The notes beneath the pieces are model-generated. The model made no database searches. It was given only the letters and a program-made list of their open reading frames with translations, and had not been told where the DNA came from. This document shows positions 5,347 through 5,521 of a stretch of 5,521 bases of DNA, one piece after another (within the stretch, counting starts at the first letter, position 1; each line of letters opens with the position of its first letter). This stretch comes from a virus. The stretch is from the UHGV virus genome UHGV-0231424. One strand, written 5' to 3'. The position numbers and the translations under genes are program-made.

Positions 5347-5521
5347 ATGAAAACAGCAAAAAATAGAAAAGGATGCATCGATAATCCAGACCTTACCTAC
5401 GAGGCAGAACCGAGGGAAGTGAAACTAAGAAAGATAATCAGCGGAGAAGCCAGTAACATGGAGGATGGAGTATTCCCGACAATCTACACGGAAAAAAAAG
5501 ATGGAGTGCGACCCGAATACG
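5347..5521 (+). CDS. N-terminal part (58 aa + split codon) of the 107-aa hypothetical protein that continues at position 1
   Basis: ATG 5347 lies 4 nt after the VP1 stop. MKTAKNRKGCIDNPDLTYEAEPREVKLRKIISGEASNMEDGVFPTIYTEKKDGVRPEY, with no stop before the window end. It joins frame-exactly to the ORF at 1..149. Codon usage is genome-typical. Confidence 0.55.
   Translation, partial: MKTAKNRKGCIDNPDLTYEAEPREVKLRKIISGEASNMEDGVFPTIYTEKKDGVRPEY

Noticed and set aside
3416-5350. Short + strand off-frame ORFs inside VP1 (3416..3691, 4514..4705, 5081..5350)
   Set aside because: R/D/H/S-rich off-frame readings within the capsid gene; no support.
1-5521. Searched for CRISPR repeats, tRNA-like cloverleaf regions, integrase/transposase-sized ORFs, direct terminal repeats and toxin-antitoxin-like pairs
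   Set aside because: None seen. The only repeats are the short Gly-codon repeats in VP2 and the terminator stem. No window-end redundancy. All long ORFs are accounted for by phage structural/replication genes.

Overview
The window reads as a near-complete, probably complete, circular ssDNA phage genome of the family Microviridae (gokushovirus/alpavirus-like). The three hallmark genes are all on the + strand and identifiable by conserved motifs. The DNA pilot/minor capsid protein VP2 is at 305..1513 and carries an AGLSPGLMY-type motif plus a Gly-rich linker. The rolling-circle replication initiator VP4 is at 1552..2463 and carries a CxxCxxC zinc finger, FATLTF, HLHGIIW and the catalytic YIIKYITK, comparable to phiX174 A protein YVAKYVNK. 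The major capsid protein VP1/F is at 3300..5342, 680 aa, with an N-terminal SSH...GTIVP...DGTTF...VFVIPIRLY signature. The + strand is visibly A-rich and T-poor, so off-frame and antisense ORFs are Arg/Ser/Lys- or Phe/Leu-rich artefacts. An ORF starting at 5347 runs off the right end and continues exactly in frame from position 1 to a stop at 147..149. This implies the window is one unit-length circular genome linearised inside a 107-aa gene. Between Rep and the capsid gene lies a tightly packed, translationally coupled module of small genes. It includes a 56-aa single-pass membrane protein (2819..2989) that falls below the ORF-track size cutoff and is a candidate single-gene lysis factor. The 3' end of rep shows a local reading-frame anomaly: codon usage favours an overlapping frame at 2387..2584, reminiscent of phiX gene K. 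A single GC-rich hairpin plus T-run terminator (179..210) and the only sizeable non-coding stretch (211..304) lie upstream of VP2. No tRNA, rRNA, CRISPR, integrase or transposase signatures are visible.
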